Made by a program: the position numbers and the translations under genes | DNA from: Bacillales bacterium | GTDB lineage: Bacteria > Bacillota_I > Bacilli_A > RFN20 > CAG-288 | Length of the DNA stretch: 55,090 nt | Assembly: GCA_021621525.1 (NCBI GenBank) | Contig: JAJVUU010000002.1 | Location: forward strand, 1-55,090 | Direction of reading: 5' to 3' | Notes under the pieces: model-generated | Told to the model about the DNA's origin: nothing | The model's input: the letters and a program-made list of their open reading frames with translations, nothing else | Database searches by the model: none | Shown: one piece after another, positions 7,528 to 15,374 of the stretch | How positions within the stretch are numbered: the stretch's first letter is position 1 | Layout of the letters: each line of letters opens with the position of its first letter

Positions 7528-9153
7528 ATGGGTTCGCCGTATTACAAAGACAGCTATGGCTGCATCATCATCGGCTCAGCTCTCGCTGGCATGTCGGCAG
7601 CTTTGAAGCTGTCCAAGCGAGGTTTCAAGGACATATTGATTCTGGAGAGGCAGAACACGCCTGGAGGTGTTACGACTTCCTTTGTCCGTTCCGGCGTGGA
7701 ACTGGAAGCATCCCTTCATGAAATCTCTTCTGTATCCAGCAAGAGATATCCTCTTTTTGTACGTAAATTTCTCAATGAGTTCGATGTCAACGTCTCCTTT
7801 GTAAGGTCGGATGAAGCCTTCCATTATGTCGAACCTGGATTTTCCTGCACGGTGCACTGTGGCAAGGCAGGAAGATTTGAAATCCCCTGCCATGACATCT
7901 CTCTGGCAGTCGGAGATGAATCCGGTGAAATCTATGACAAGCTGATGCTCTTCTTCCAGGATTGCAAGAACGTCTTCGATTCCATCGGCTCTTTTTCCGA
8001 TGGTGACTTCCTTGGCCTGGACCTGATCCAGTCCCATATCGACCTCATGCGTTCCTTGTCCTATTCGACGATGGAGGTCATCGATGTCTATGGCTTTCCT
8101 GACGTCGTCAAAAGGATCCTTCTTGCCTATTGGTGCTATCTTGGAAACGAACCTGGTGATCTTCCCTATGTCCTATATAGCTGTCTCATGACGGATTATC
8201 TAGGATATGGCGTCTATACCTGCAAGGAAACAAGCCATGAGTTATCCATCAAGCTACTTGAAGCCTGCAGGAAGAAATCGATTCAGGTGGAGTTCAACCA
8301 GGAAGTGAAGAACATCCTGGTGAAGGACGGACATGTCATCGGTGTCAGACTCATGGACGGAAGCGAAATCTCTTCCAACTATGTCGTCAGCGGTCCCTAT
8401 CCCAATACTGTCTATAACTACATGATAGAACCACCAAGCGAGGCTCCTCAGAAGGCTTTCCAGATGCTCAGTGCCAAGAGTCTCAGCATGAGTGTCTTTT
8501 CGACTATCATGATCCTGGATGAACCTCCCGAGAAGCTGAACATGGATCATTACATGACCTTTGTTGCTCCTTCTGGATTGGATTTCAAGAAGATCATGGA
8601 TTCGTATCATTCCGACCATGGCTATGAGTACTTCATGACCGTATGCTTCAATCAGGTTCTTGACTATTGCCCGAAAGGAAAGACCATCTATTCCATCACC
8701 GCCCTTCCCTATCCTGACAGCTTCAAGGATGTCACGGAAGAAAACTATGATGAAAAGAAGCACATCATCGCAAGGGAGATGATTCAAGAGGAATCCAGAC
8801 GTCTTGGTGTGAACCTGCTTGATCATATTCTTGATATCGAGTTCATCACCCCGGTCTCCATCGCCCATTACTGCAAATCCTTCCAGGGCTGCATATATGG
8901 ATATCTTGCCAGCCTTGACGACAATGTCGCGGCAAGGATCATGAAGCATGAAGAGGAACAGCTGATCAAAGGCCTTGCCTTTGCCGGCGCCCACCAGATG
9001 TCCGGGGATGGTATGGGTACCCAGTTCATCAACGGCAACCAGGCTGCTGAGGATATCTACAAGCAGTTCCAGAGCGATGTGCCAGGTCCGCTTCAGAACA
9101 TCATCATTCCTAAGAAGCCTAAGAAGAAAAGAAGAAAAAAGCTTCAAAAATAA
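7528..9153 (+). CDS. CrtI/phytoene-desaturase-family FAD oxidoreductase, paralog 2, with a polybasic C-terminal tail
   Basis: CIIIGSALAGMSAAL plus TPGG. It is colinear with paralog 1 (SFVRSG.E.EA.LHE, YPNT.Y, TIYSITALP, FAGAHQMSGDGMG). The tail reads PKKPKKKRRKKLQK. Confidence 0.8.
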   Translation: MGSPYYKDSYGCIIIGSALAGMSAALKLSKRGFKDILILERQNTPGGVTTSFVRSGVELEASLHEISSVSSKRYPLFVRKFLNEFDVNVSFVRSDEAFHYVEPGFSCTVHCGKAGRFEIPCHDISLAVGDESGEIYDKLMLFFQDCKNVFDSIGSFSDGDFLGLDLIQSHIDLMRSLSYSTMEVIDVYGFPDVVKRILLAYWCYLGNEPGDLPYVLYSCLMTDYLGYGVYTCKETSHELSIKLLEACRKKSIQVEFNQEVKNILVKDGHVIGVRLMDGSEISSNYVVSGPYPNTVYNYMIEPPSEAPQKAFQMLSAKSLSMSVFSTIMILDEPPEKLNMDHYMTFVAPSGLDFKKIMDSYHSDHGYEYFMTVCFNQVLDYCPKGKTIYSITALPYPDSFKDVTEENYDEKKHIIAREMIQEESRRLGVNLLDHILDIEFITPVSIAHYCKSFQGCIYGYLASLDDNVAARIMKHEEEQLIKGLAFAGAHQMSGDGMGTQFINGNQAAEDIYKQFQSDVPGPLQNIIIPKKPKKKRRKKLQK

Positions 9154-9174
9154 AGAAAAAAGACTGATTCATAT

Positions 9175-9216
9175 AGGATTCCTTGGTTATCCAAGATGCC
9201 ATCAAATCCTTTTTTA
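9175..9216 (+). terminator. probable intrinsic terminator of the flavoenzyme operon
   Basis: Outer stem AGGATT/AATCCT encloses an inner hairpin CTTGG-TTAT-CCAAG and is followed by TTTTTT. Confidence 0.5.
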
Positions 9217-9228
9217 ATGGATGATAGC

Positions 9229-9327
9229 ATCCTAAAATATGCATAAATGAGGAAAAGCAATATTCTAAAATATGCATAAATGAATAGAATGAATATCCTA
9301 AAATATGCATAAATGAAAATTATGGTA
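9229..9327. repeat. 3 x 33-bp tandem direct repeat (22-bp conserved core + 11-bp variable part)
   Basis: Core AT(C/T)CTAAAATATGCATAAATGA at 9229, 9262 and 9295. Each core carries TGCATAAAT (extended -10-like) and an ATGCAT palindrome. The array ends at a TGGTATAAT extended -10 (9323-9331), 25 nt before the ATPase ATG. Confidence 0.9.
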
Positions 9328-9355
9328 TAATAATCTCACATATCGATAGGAGACT

Positions 9356-10678
9356 ATGATGCTGAAACGGAAAATGTATGAACGATTGCTGTCGTGGAAA
9401 AAACAGCCTAAGAAGGAGTGTGTCTTATTGAAAGGAGCAAGGCAGGTAGGAAAGACTTTTTTGGTGAGGGAATTCGGAAGAAAAGAATATGAAAGCTTCA
9501 TCGAAATCAATTTTCTGGAGAAGCCGGAACTGAAGACCGCCTTTGCTGGCGAAATCAGCGCTCAGGAAATCTATAAGAGGCTTACGGCAAATCTCCCTTC
9601 CATCAAACTGATTCCCGGGAAGACGCTGTTGTTTTTAGATGAAATCCAGGCTTGCTCAAAAGCACGTATGGCATTGAAATTCCTTTCCGAAGACGGGACT
9701 CTGGATGTGATTGCCTCTGGTTCTTTGTTAGGCCTCTCCTATGGAAGAGACGATGACGATAGAGTGGAAAGAGTCGAATCTGTGCCTGTAGGATATGAGA
9801 AATCGTTGATGATGTATCCCCTGGATTTTGAAGAATATCTATGGGCAAACGGATTTCCTGATGAAACCATCTCTTATCTGAAGACTTATTTTAGCGAAAG
9901 AAAACCACTGCCTTTTGATATCCTTACAAAGGAAGAAAACCTTCTGAAGGAGTATCTTGTCGTCGGTGGTATGCCCGAGGTGGTTTCTGATTTCATGAAA
10001 AATCATGACTTCAATCGAGTCCAGGACATCCAAGAGAAAATTCTCTCTTCCTATGAGGATGACATCGCCTTCCATGCCAAGGGCGTTGAAAAGACAAAGG
10101 TGAGGAAGTGTTTTGATAGTATCCCCAGACAGCTTGCTAAAGAGAATCGGAAGTTCAAGTATTCGGAAGTCGAACATAAGTCGACGGCAAGGAAGTACCA
10201 GGATAGCGTTGACTGGCTTAGGGATGCCAGTCTTGCTTTGGTCTGCGAAAATGTCAGTCAACCCTGTCTTCCTTTGAATGTTTATGAGAAGGAAAATGAA
10301 TTCAAAGTCTATTTTTCCGATACCGGTCTTCTTCTTGCCATGTATGGCTTTGAAACAAAAAAGGCTCTTCTCAATGATACTCTTAAAGGCTTTGCCAAAG
10401 GTGGTATTTATGAGAACTTTGTAGCACAGTCTCTTTTGGCAAAAGGATATGGTCTTCATTACTATAAGCCTGATGATGATTCTAAATTGGAATTTCTGAT
10501 AGAAAAGGATGGCGAAGTAAGACCGATTGAAGTCAAAGCCGGAAACAAGGCGACTGTATCATTGAATCGATTCCTGGAAAAAGAAAAACCACAGCTTGTC
10601 TATAAGTTGGCATATGCGAATTTAGGATATCACGAAAAAAAGCTCACCATACCCCATTTCATGGTCATGTTTCTATAG
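9356..10678 (+). CDS. AAA+ ATPase with C-terminal DUF4143 (PD-(D/E)xK-like) domain, COG1373 family, copy 1
   Basis: Walker A GARQVGKT and Walker B LLFLDEIQ. The C-terminal EFLIE...PIEVK is a nuclease-like motif. An AGGAG SD is present. Confidence 0.8.
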   Translation: MMLKRKMYERLLSWKKQPKKECVLLKGARQVGKTFLVREFGRKEYESFIEINFLEKPELKTAFAGEISAQEIYKRLTANLPSIKLIPGKTLLFLDEIQACSKARMALKFLSEDGTLDVIASGSLLGLSYGRDDDDRVERVESVPVGYEKSLMMYPLDFEEYLWANGFPDETISYLKTYFSERKPLPFDILTKEENLLKEYLVVGGMPEVVSDFMKNHDFNRVQDIQEKILSSYEDDIAFHAKGVEKTKVRKCFDSIPRQLAKENRKFKYSEVEHKSTARKYQDSVDWLRDASLALVCENVSQPCLPLNVYEKENEFKVYFSDTGLLLAMYGFETKKALLNDTLKGFAKGGIYENFVAQSLLAKGYGLHYYKPDDDSKLEFLIEKDGEVRPIEVKAGNKATVSLNRFLEKEKPQLVYKLAYANLGYHEKKLTIPHFMVMFL

Positions 10679-10692
10679 TGAGCTTTCGATGG

Positions 10693-11265
10693 TTATTTCT
10701 GGGGTGGTTCTTTCTTTCTGCAGGGAATCCTTCCGATATCGGCTTTGCTTAAACCTTTGATCAGGAAGAGACAGAGAATCGATACGACGACACAGGTCAC
10801 GATGCTTGAAAGGAAGCGGAAGACGGTCTCCAGGATGGTAAAGGATACAGGATAGTTCATCAAGTAGGCATCTAGGAAGATAAGCCCCGTATTGATGGAA
10901 GTCGTCAAGAGGAAGGTAAGAAGCATTAAGAGAGAATAGGCTGGAAGATGATTCTCGAGGTAAGTACCTTTCCTTCTTGCGATGACCTGGAAAAGAGAGA
11001 CCATGCCTGCCCGGAATAAGGAAGGAATGATCCATAGGAAGGTCGTTGGGGTAAAACCATACTGCAATAGCTGAGACAGCATTTCACCGACAAAGGCGAC
11101 AAGCAGGGCATCAGAGGGACTATAGAGAAGACCAGACAGGATGATGGCAAAGCTGGCAAAGGTGATGCGGATGTTTCCCATCTTCACGGAATATAAGGAA
11201 AGAACGAAATATAAGGCGGCAAGCAAAGAATCAAGACATAGTCGAAAGACGGCTTTTTTTCTCAT
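10693..11265 (-). CDS. folT: ECF transporter S component, folate family (FolT)
   Basis: 190-aa polytopic membrane protein with about 6 hydrophobic helices. It sits directly downstream of a THF riboswitch. Confidence 0.7.
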   Translation of the reverse strand: MRKKAVFRLCLDSLLAALYFVLSLYSVKMGNIRITFASFAIILSGLLYSPSDALLVAFVGEMLSQLLQYGFTPTTFLWIIPSLFRAGMVSLFQVIARRKGTYLENHLPAYSLLMLLTFLLTTSINTGLIFLDAYLMNYPVSFTILETVFRFLSSIVTCVVVSILCLFLIKGLSKADIGRIPCRKKEPPQK

Positions 11266-11287
11266 GGAACCTCATTTCTGGGAAGTT

Positions 11288-11383
11288 CGTCAAAGCGGAT
11301 GCAGACGGATACCGCGGCTATATAGCCTTCGTCCATCTGCAACTCCCATCAGGTGGCACTTGACGCATCCGTCCTACTCAATG
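11288..11383 (-). promoter_or_regulatory. THF (tetrahydrofolate) riboswitch, folT motif
   Basis: The minus-strand RNA reads GAGUAGGACGGAUGCGUCAAGUG..AUGGGAG..ACGAAGGC..GCCGCGGUAUCCGUCUGCAUCCGCU. It matches the Eubacterium siraeum THF aptamer block by block (GAGUAG, GCGUyAAGUG, AUGGGA, ACGAAG, GCGGU, UGCAUCCGCU), with compensatory P2 GACGGAU/AUCCGUC. A TATAAT -10 lies at 11392-11397. Downstream, GAACUUC..GAGGUUC can sequester the SD. Confidence 0.8.
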
Positions 11384-11423
11384 ACGTAGACATTATACTA
11401 TAATGTGGAAAAAATAAAAGCTT

Positions 11424-11448
11424 AAGAAAAGACCGGATTTCTCCGGCC
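11424..11448 (-). terminator. intrinsic terminator
   Basis: Minus strand GGCCGGA-GAAA-TCCGGTC followed by TTTTCTT, 6 nt after the stop at 11454. Confidence 0.7.
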
Positions 11449-11453
11449 TTACC

Positions 11454-12152
11454 TTATTTCTTGTTTCTGATTTCGTCGATTCTCTTTTGCATGAGAGAGA
11501 TGGTTTTATCATAGTTCTCATCCTTGAGAACACAGATGGGGACCATCGCACCATTGACAAAGAAGCCGAGAATCATCATATCCTTATATTCCTTGACCTT
11601 GTAGATATCCTTGTAGAGAAGGAAGAAGTCGTTTCTTGCTTCCTGGCCTTTGTAGTTCATCTTCATCTGATAACGGAGACGATCCATGAAGAAGGAGATA
11701 CGGAAATCTTCGATATCGAGATGCTTGCTCATCGAGATGCTTCTAAGAGGACTGACGATGAGATAGTAGAAGAGATAGACGAGGTCGACAGCCAAGAAGA
11801 TGAATCCAAGCGTCGTGAAGGTATCGACGGTATTGGTGACGAAGTAGGATATGAGGATGTCAGAAAGAAGAAGGATGAACATGACACTCCCTGAGATGAG
11901 AGGAATCGGATTTCCGAAGAGAAGGCTTCTTAGGGCCTGGGAATAGTTGAGTGTCTGATATTTGGTCTTCTCGATGACAGGCGTCTCATTGAAGGAAGCG
12001 GTTTGGTTTGCCTGGGATGAGAAGCTCTGATCTGCATGATACAATGTATTTTCGTTTGTCTCGTCATTCAAGGGGGCACCGCAGTTCTCACAGAAATTGG
12101 AGCTGCCTTTGTTGGCGTGGCCACAACGAGGACAGAATTTGATTTCTTCCAT
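11454..12152 (-). CDS. zinc-ribbon membrane protein (N-terminal CxxC..CxxC, two TM helices, YcxB-like C-terminal domain)
   Basis: FCPRCGHANKGSSNFCENCGAPL, hydrophobic segments ISGSVMFILLLSDILISYF and LGFIFLAVDLVYLFYYLIV, and a good terminator. Confidence 0.6.
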   Translation of the reverse strand: MEEIKFCPRCGHANKGSSNFCENCGAPLNDETNENTLYHADQSFSSQANQTASFNETPVIEKTKYQTLNYSQALRSLLFGNPIPLISGSVMFILLLSDILISYFVTNTVDTFTTLGFIFLAVDLVYLFYYLIVSPLRSISMSKHLDIEDFRISFFMDRLRYQMKMNYKGQEARNDFFLLYKDIYKVKEYKDMMILGFFVNGAMVPICVLKDENYDKTISLMQKRIDEIRNKK

Positions 12153-12209
12153 AGTTATTTCCTCCTAACTGGTGTAAAGATTATAGTCCAAAAAAAGAGA
12201 AAGGAAAGA

Positions 12210-13226
12210 TTATTCCTGTGTTTTTTCGTTTTTTCTTCGATAGATGGTACTTTGGATGAATAGGACAAGAAGGATGATGAGTGTGGTAAAGAGAAGACCG
12301 AAGCTCACATCACTTAGATAATGTGCTCCATAATAGATGCGGAAAAAGGCAACAAGGAGCGTATAGGATAATCCCGTAAGGAATAAGACGGTCTTATCAT
12401 ATTTGAAAGGATGGCGAAGGACTGGACAAAGAAGAGGAAGAAGGAGGACGACGGCAGAATTGGCCGTATGTCCGCTAGGATAGGACTTATGGTAGTCATC
12501 CTTATAGGAGAAGGGAGAAAACTGCCACCAGGAACGGAAGGATTCATTGGAAGTGTTCAATCCCGTATCGATGAGATAACGATATCTTGGTCTGCAGGCG
12601 ATGTTCTTGATAAGCTCTATAAGAAGAGACTGCATCAGGATGACGACCAGGATGGTGATACCAGCCCTGATAAGATATTCTCTTTTGTCCTTCTTGATTT
12701 CAAAAAGCAGCAATACGACAAAGAGGATGTTGATGAAGATGGATATCAGAATGGATGTCAGGTTGGATAGACGGATACCATAGTTCTTGTCCGGACTGGT
12801 GATATGGATGTGGCTATAGCAAAAGTAGATACCTAGAGCAAGGCCTAGGACAAGGATCACATATCCTAGGATCTTCAATGGCTTCCTTTTGTCATCCATG
12901 AGTCCCTTGAAGATCATGACGCATCCAAGAGGAATCATCAAGAAGGAGAAGAGGAAGCCGATGGTCTCGATGAAACCTCCGAAGGCAGAAGAAGTATTGA
13001 CGATTCCCTTTGAAATCGATAGGTCAAAGAAAGAACCAAAAAGAATCCCTGTCAAGGCAAGAAAGATGACGATGACATAGTCTCTGACCTTCAGACTCAG
13101 AATCTCTTTATTCATTGCAACAAGTTTATCATAAACGGCATAGGAAGTATTGCAAAAAGAATCCTGAAAGTACTTTTTTCGATCATGGATGACATTCAAA
13201 GGTGTTTTTGAACAGGAATTCCTCAT
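12210..13226 (-). CDS. PAP2-family (type 2 phosphatidic acid / lipid phosphate) phosphatase
   Basis: Motifs K..ACRPR, YPSGHT and R-x5-H-x3-D (FRIYYGAHYLSD) in a polytopic membrane protein. The true start may be the internal MNKEIL. Confidence 0.75.
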   Translation of the reverse strand: MRNSCSKTPLNVIHDRKKYFQDSFCNTSYAVYDKLVAMNKEILSLKVRDYVIVIFLALTGILFGSFFDLSISKGIVNTSSAFGGFIETIGFLFSFLMIPLGCVMIFKGLMDDKRKPLKILGYVILVLGLALGIYFCYSHIHITSPDKNYGIRLSNLTSILISIFINILFVVLLLFEIKKDKREYLIRAGITILVVILMQSLLIELIKNIACRPRYRYLIDTGLNTSNESFRSWWQFSPFSYKDDYHKSYPSGHTANSAVVLLLPLLCPVLRHPFKYDKTVLFLTGLSYTLLVAFFRIYYGAHYLSDVSFGLLFTTLIILLVLFIQSTIYRRKNEKTQE

Positions 13227-13365
13227 CGATTTCGATATCGAATCGCTTTCAGGATAAAATATGCCAAAATTCTTTCATTTGAACGTGGAAAGCATTAAAC
13301 TAAATAGAATAGATTATGGGAATGGAAACCTATAAGAAGGAACATTCGAAGGAGAACAGAAACGT

Positions 13366-13842
13366 ATGGCCAAGCCGGTAAAAAGAAACAGAAAGCCGAT
13401 TGCAAAAGTAGACTTCAGCGATTTCAAGGAAGGTATCTATCTTGATGATGTTGCCTTTGGCAATGTCTACCCCCTCATGAAGAGGAAGTCCGACTTCTCC
13501 GAGGATGTCGAGGAATTTGTCTTTGAAGGAAAGCTCCATCATGGAGAAATCCGTTTCCTGACAGGAGACGGACTTGATGTCGCTCTTCCGGAAGTGGAAG
13601 GATATAATCACGGCTATACCTTGGAAGGAGATGCCGTGCATCTCTTCAAGGTTGAGAATGCCCTCGATATCTATTCCGACAACGAAAAGAGAACCTTCAA
13701 CTATACCAAGAAGGACAGCAGATTGATCTTTGTCGGAGATTCCAAGAAGGACTATGTCCTCTTCGTCCGTTTCTATGAGAACTGCTATGGCGATTTCAAC
13801 AACCGCTGGGCCGTCATCTTTGCCGGAGAGAAGAACAACTGA
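13366..13842 (+). CDS. hypothetical cytoplasmic protein (158 aa)
   Basis: Clean ORF with an AAGGAG SD and a downstream hairpin plus T-run. No motif recognised. Confidence 0.55.
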   Translation: MAKPVKRNRKPIAKVDFSDFKEGIYLDDVAFGNVYPLMKRKSDFSEDVEEFVFEGKLHHGEIRFLTGDGLDVALPEVEGYNHGYTLEGDAVHLFKVENALDIYSDNEKRTFNYTKKDSRLIFVGDSKKDYVLFVRFYENCYGDFNNRWAVIFAGEKNN

Positions 13843-13849
13843 AAAAACA

Positions 13850-13897
13850 AGACATCCTATTTATATGAGAACACTCTCCTATGGGATGTCTTTTTTT
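13850..13897 (+). terminator. probable intrinsic terminator (long loop)
   Basis: AGACATCC ... GGATGTCT followed by TTTTTTTG. Confidence 0.5.
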
Positions 13898-13963
13898 GTG
13901 AAACGTATGGAGGACTTTCAGTTAAATCCATGCAGGTATTTTGGATTGAAATTCACTGATTTG

Positions 13964-14055
13964 AAAAAGTCTCGGAATGAAAATACAAAAAGTTTCGGAA
14001 TGAAAATACAAAAAGTTTCGGAATGAAATTGGCAAAAGCTTTGGATTGCTTTATG
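13964..14055. repeat. 23-bp tandem direct repeat, 3 good copies plus degenerate flanking copies
   Basis: AAAAAGT(C/T)TCGGAATGAAAATAC at 13964 and 13987, a third copy at 14010, and a degenerate fourth copy at 14033. A related TTGGATTGAAATT lies at 13941. The array ends 30 nt before the ATPase ATG. Confidence 0.85.
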
Positions 14056-14084
14056 TTTTAGATAAGTGTCCTGAGGTGATTTAT

Positions 14085-15359
14085 ATGGAAATGAATGGCT
14101 ATAAGAAAAGAACCGTGGATAGGAAACTACTGAAGTATTTGGAGTCTTTTGGTGCAGTATTGATTGAAGGGCCGAAATGGTGCGGTAAGACTTGGACCGG
14201 ACGGAATTCGGCTGAGAGCGTATTCATGGTTGCCGATCCAAAAGGCAACTTCAACAATCGAAGAATGGCCTTGATGGATCCGGATATGATTCTAAGCGGA
14301 AATACACCGAGGCTGATTGATGAATGGCAAGAAGTACCGACCATATGGGATGCTGTAAGAGGAGAAGTCGATGATAGAGCCAAGACAGGTCAGTTCATCT
14401 TGACCGGATCTGCGACAATCAACAAAGAAAAGTACATCCATACTGGGACAGGACGGATTGCTCATCTCAGGATGAGACCGATGTCTTTGTTTGAAAGCGG
14501 TCAGTCTGATGGAAGCGTCTCCCTGGAAGATATTTGCCTAGGGAGGGCAAAGAATCAGATGACCGGTGAAGTGAAATTGGAAAAGATCATCGAATATATC
14601 TTGTCTGGAGGATGGCCGGCTAATACCAGACTATCTTTTGACCAGGCCAGACTGATTCCTGAAGAATATGTCTATTCTGTTCTTCATGAAGATATCTTCA
14701 AGGTGGACAACATCAAAAGGGACGGGCACAAGGTGGAGCTGCTGCTTCGTTCTCTTTCCAGAAACGAAGCTATGACGGTTTCAAATGCTGCTTTGAAGAG
14801 AGACATCACAAATACAGATATGAGTGATGTCAATATTGATACAATCACGGATTATTTGAATCTCTTCAGGCATCTGTTCCTGATAGAGGACATTCCTCCC
14901 TTTTCACCCGATTTCCGTTCATCGCTGAGAATCAAGCAAAATGAAAAAAGGCATTTTACGGATCCATCTCTTCCGTGTGCTTTCTTATCGATGACAAAGA
15001 CAAAACTGCTGGAAGATCTGAACTTCCTCGGTTTTCTTTTCGAATCCTTGGTCGAACGTGATCTGCTGACTTATGTGGATGACTTCCATGGGAAACTATT
15101 CCACTATCAGGATTATAAAGGCAATGAGATGGATGCTGTGATCGAACTTCAGGATGGGAATTGGTGTGGAGTTGAAATCAGGCTCGGTGCCAATCAGATA
15201 GAAGAGGCTTCCAAGAACCTGCTGAAGGTCAATGATGACATAAAAAAAGCAGGAGGAAAGCCGGCAGGTTCACTTATGGTGATATGTGGTCTAAGCAATG
15301 CAGCTTATCTCAGACAAGATGGTGTCTATGTCGTTCCTATCACATCCTTAAGGAGCTAG
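14085..15359 (+). CDS. AAA+ ATPase with C-terminal DUF4143 (PD-(D/E)xK-like) domain, COG1373 family, copy 2
   Basis: Walker A GPKWCGKT and Walker B LIDEWQ. The C-terminal EMDAVIE...GVEIR motif is nuclease-like. The ATG at 14085 has a GAGG SD 8 nt upstream. The longer TTG-start ORF begins inside the repeat array. Confidence 0.8.
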   Translation: MEMNGYKKRTVDRKLLKYLESFGAVLIEGPKWCGKTWTGRNSAESVFMVADPKGNFNNRRMALMDPDMILSGNTPRLIDEWQEVPTIWDAVRGEVDDRAKTGQFILTGSATINKEKYIHTGTGRIAHLRMRPMSLFESGQSDGSVSLEDICLGRAKNQMTGEVKLEKIIEYILSGGWPANTRLSFDQARLIPEEYVYSVLHEDIFKVDNIKRDGHKVELLLRSLSRNEAMTVSNAALKRDITNTDMSDVNIDTITDYLNLFRHLFLIEDIPPFSPDFRSSLRIKQNEKRHFTDPSLPCAFLSMTKTKLLEDLNFLGFLFESLVERDLLTYVDDFHGKLFHYQDYKGNEMDAVIELQDGNWCGVEIRLGANQIEEASKNLLKVNDDIKKAGGKPAGSLMVICGLSNAAYLRQDGVYVVPITSLRS

Positions 15360-15374
15360 TTTCTGATTTCTTCC

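Noticed and set aside
9229-9327. Possibility that the tandem arrays at 9229-9327 and 13964-14055 are CRISPR arrays.
   Set aside because: There are only 3-4 units. The variable parts are 11 nt or absent. The repeats are AT-rich without a CRISPR-like stem, and there are no cas genes in the window.
13730-14026. 98-aa ORF running through the 23-bp repeat array.
   Set aside because: It overlaps the end of the 158-aa gene and its terminator. Its repetitive translation is a by-product of the DNA repeat, and it has no SD.
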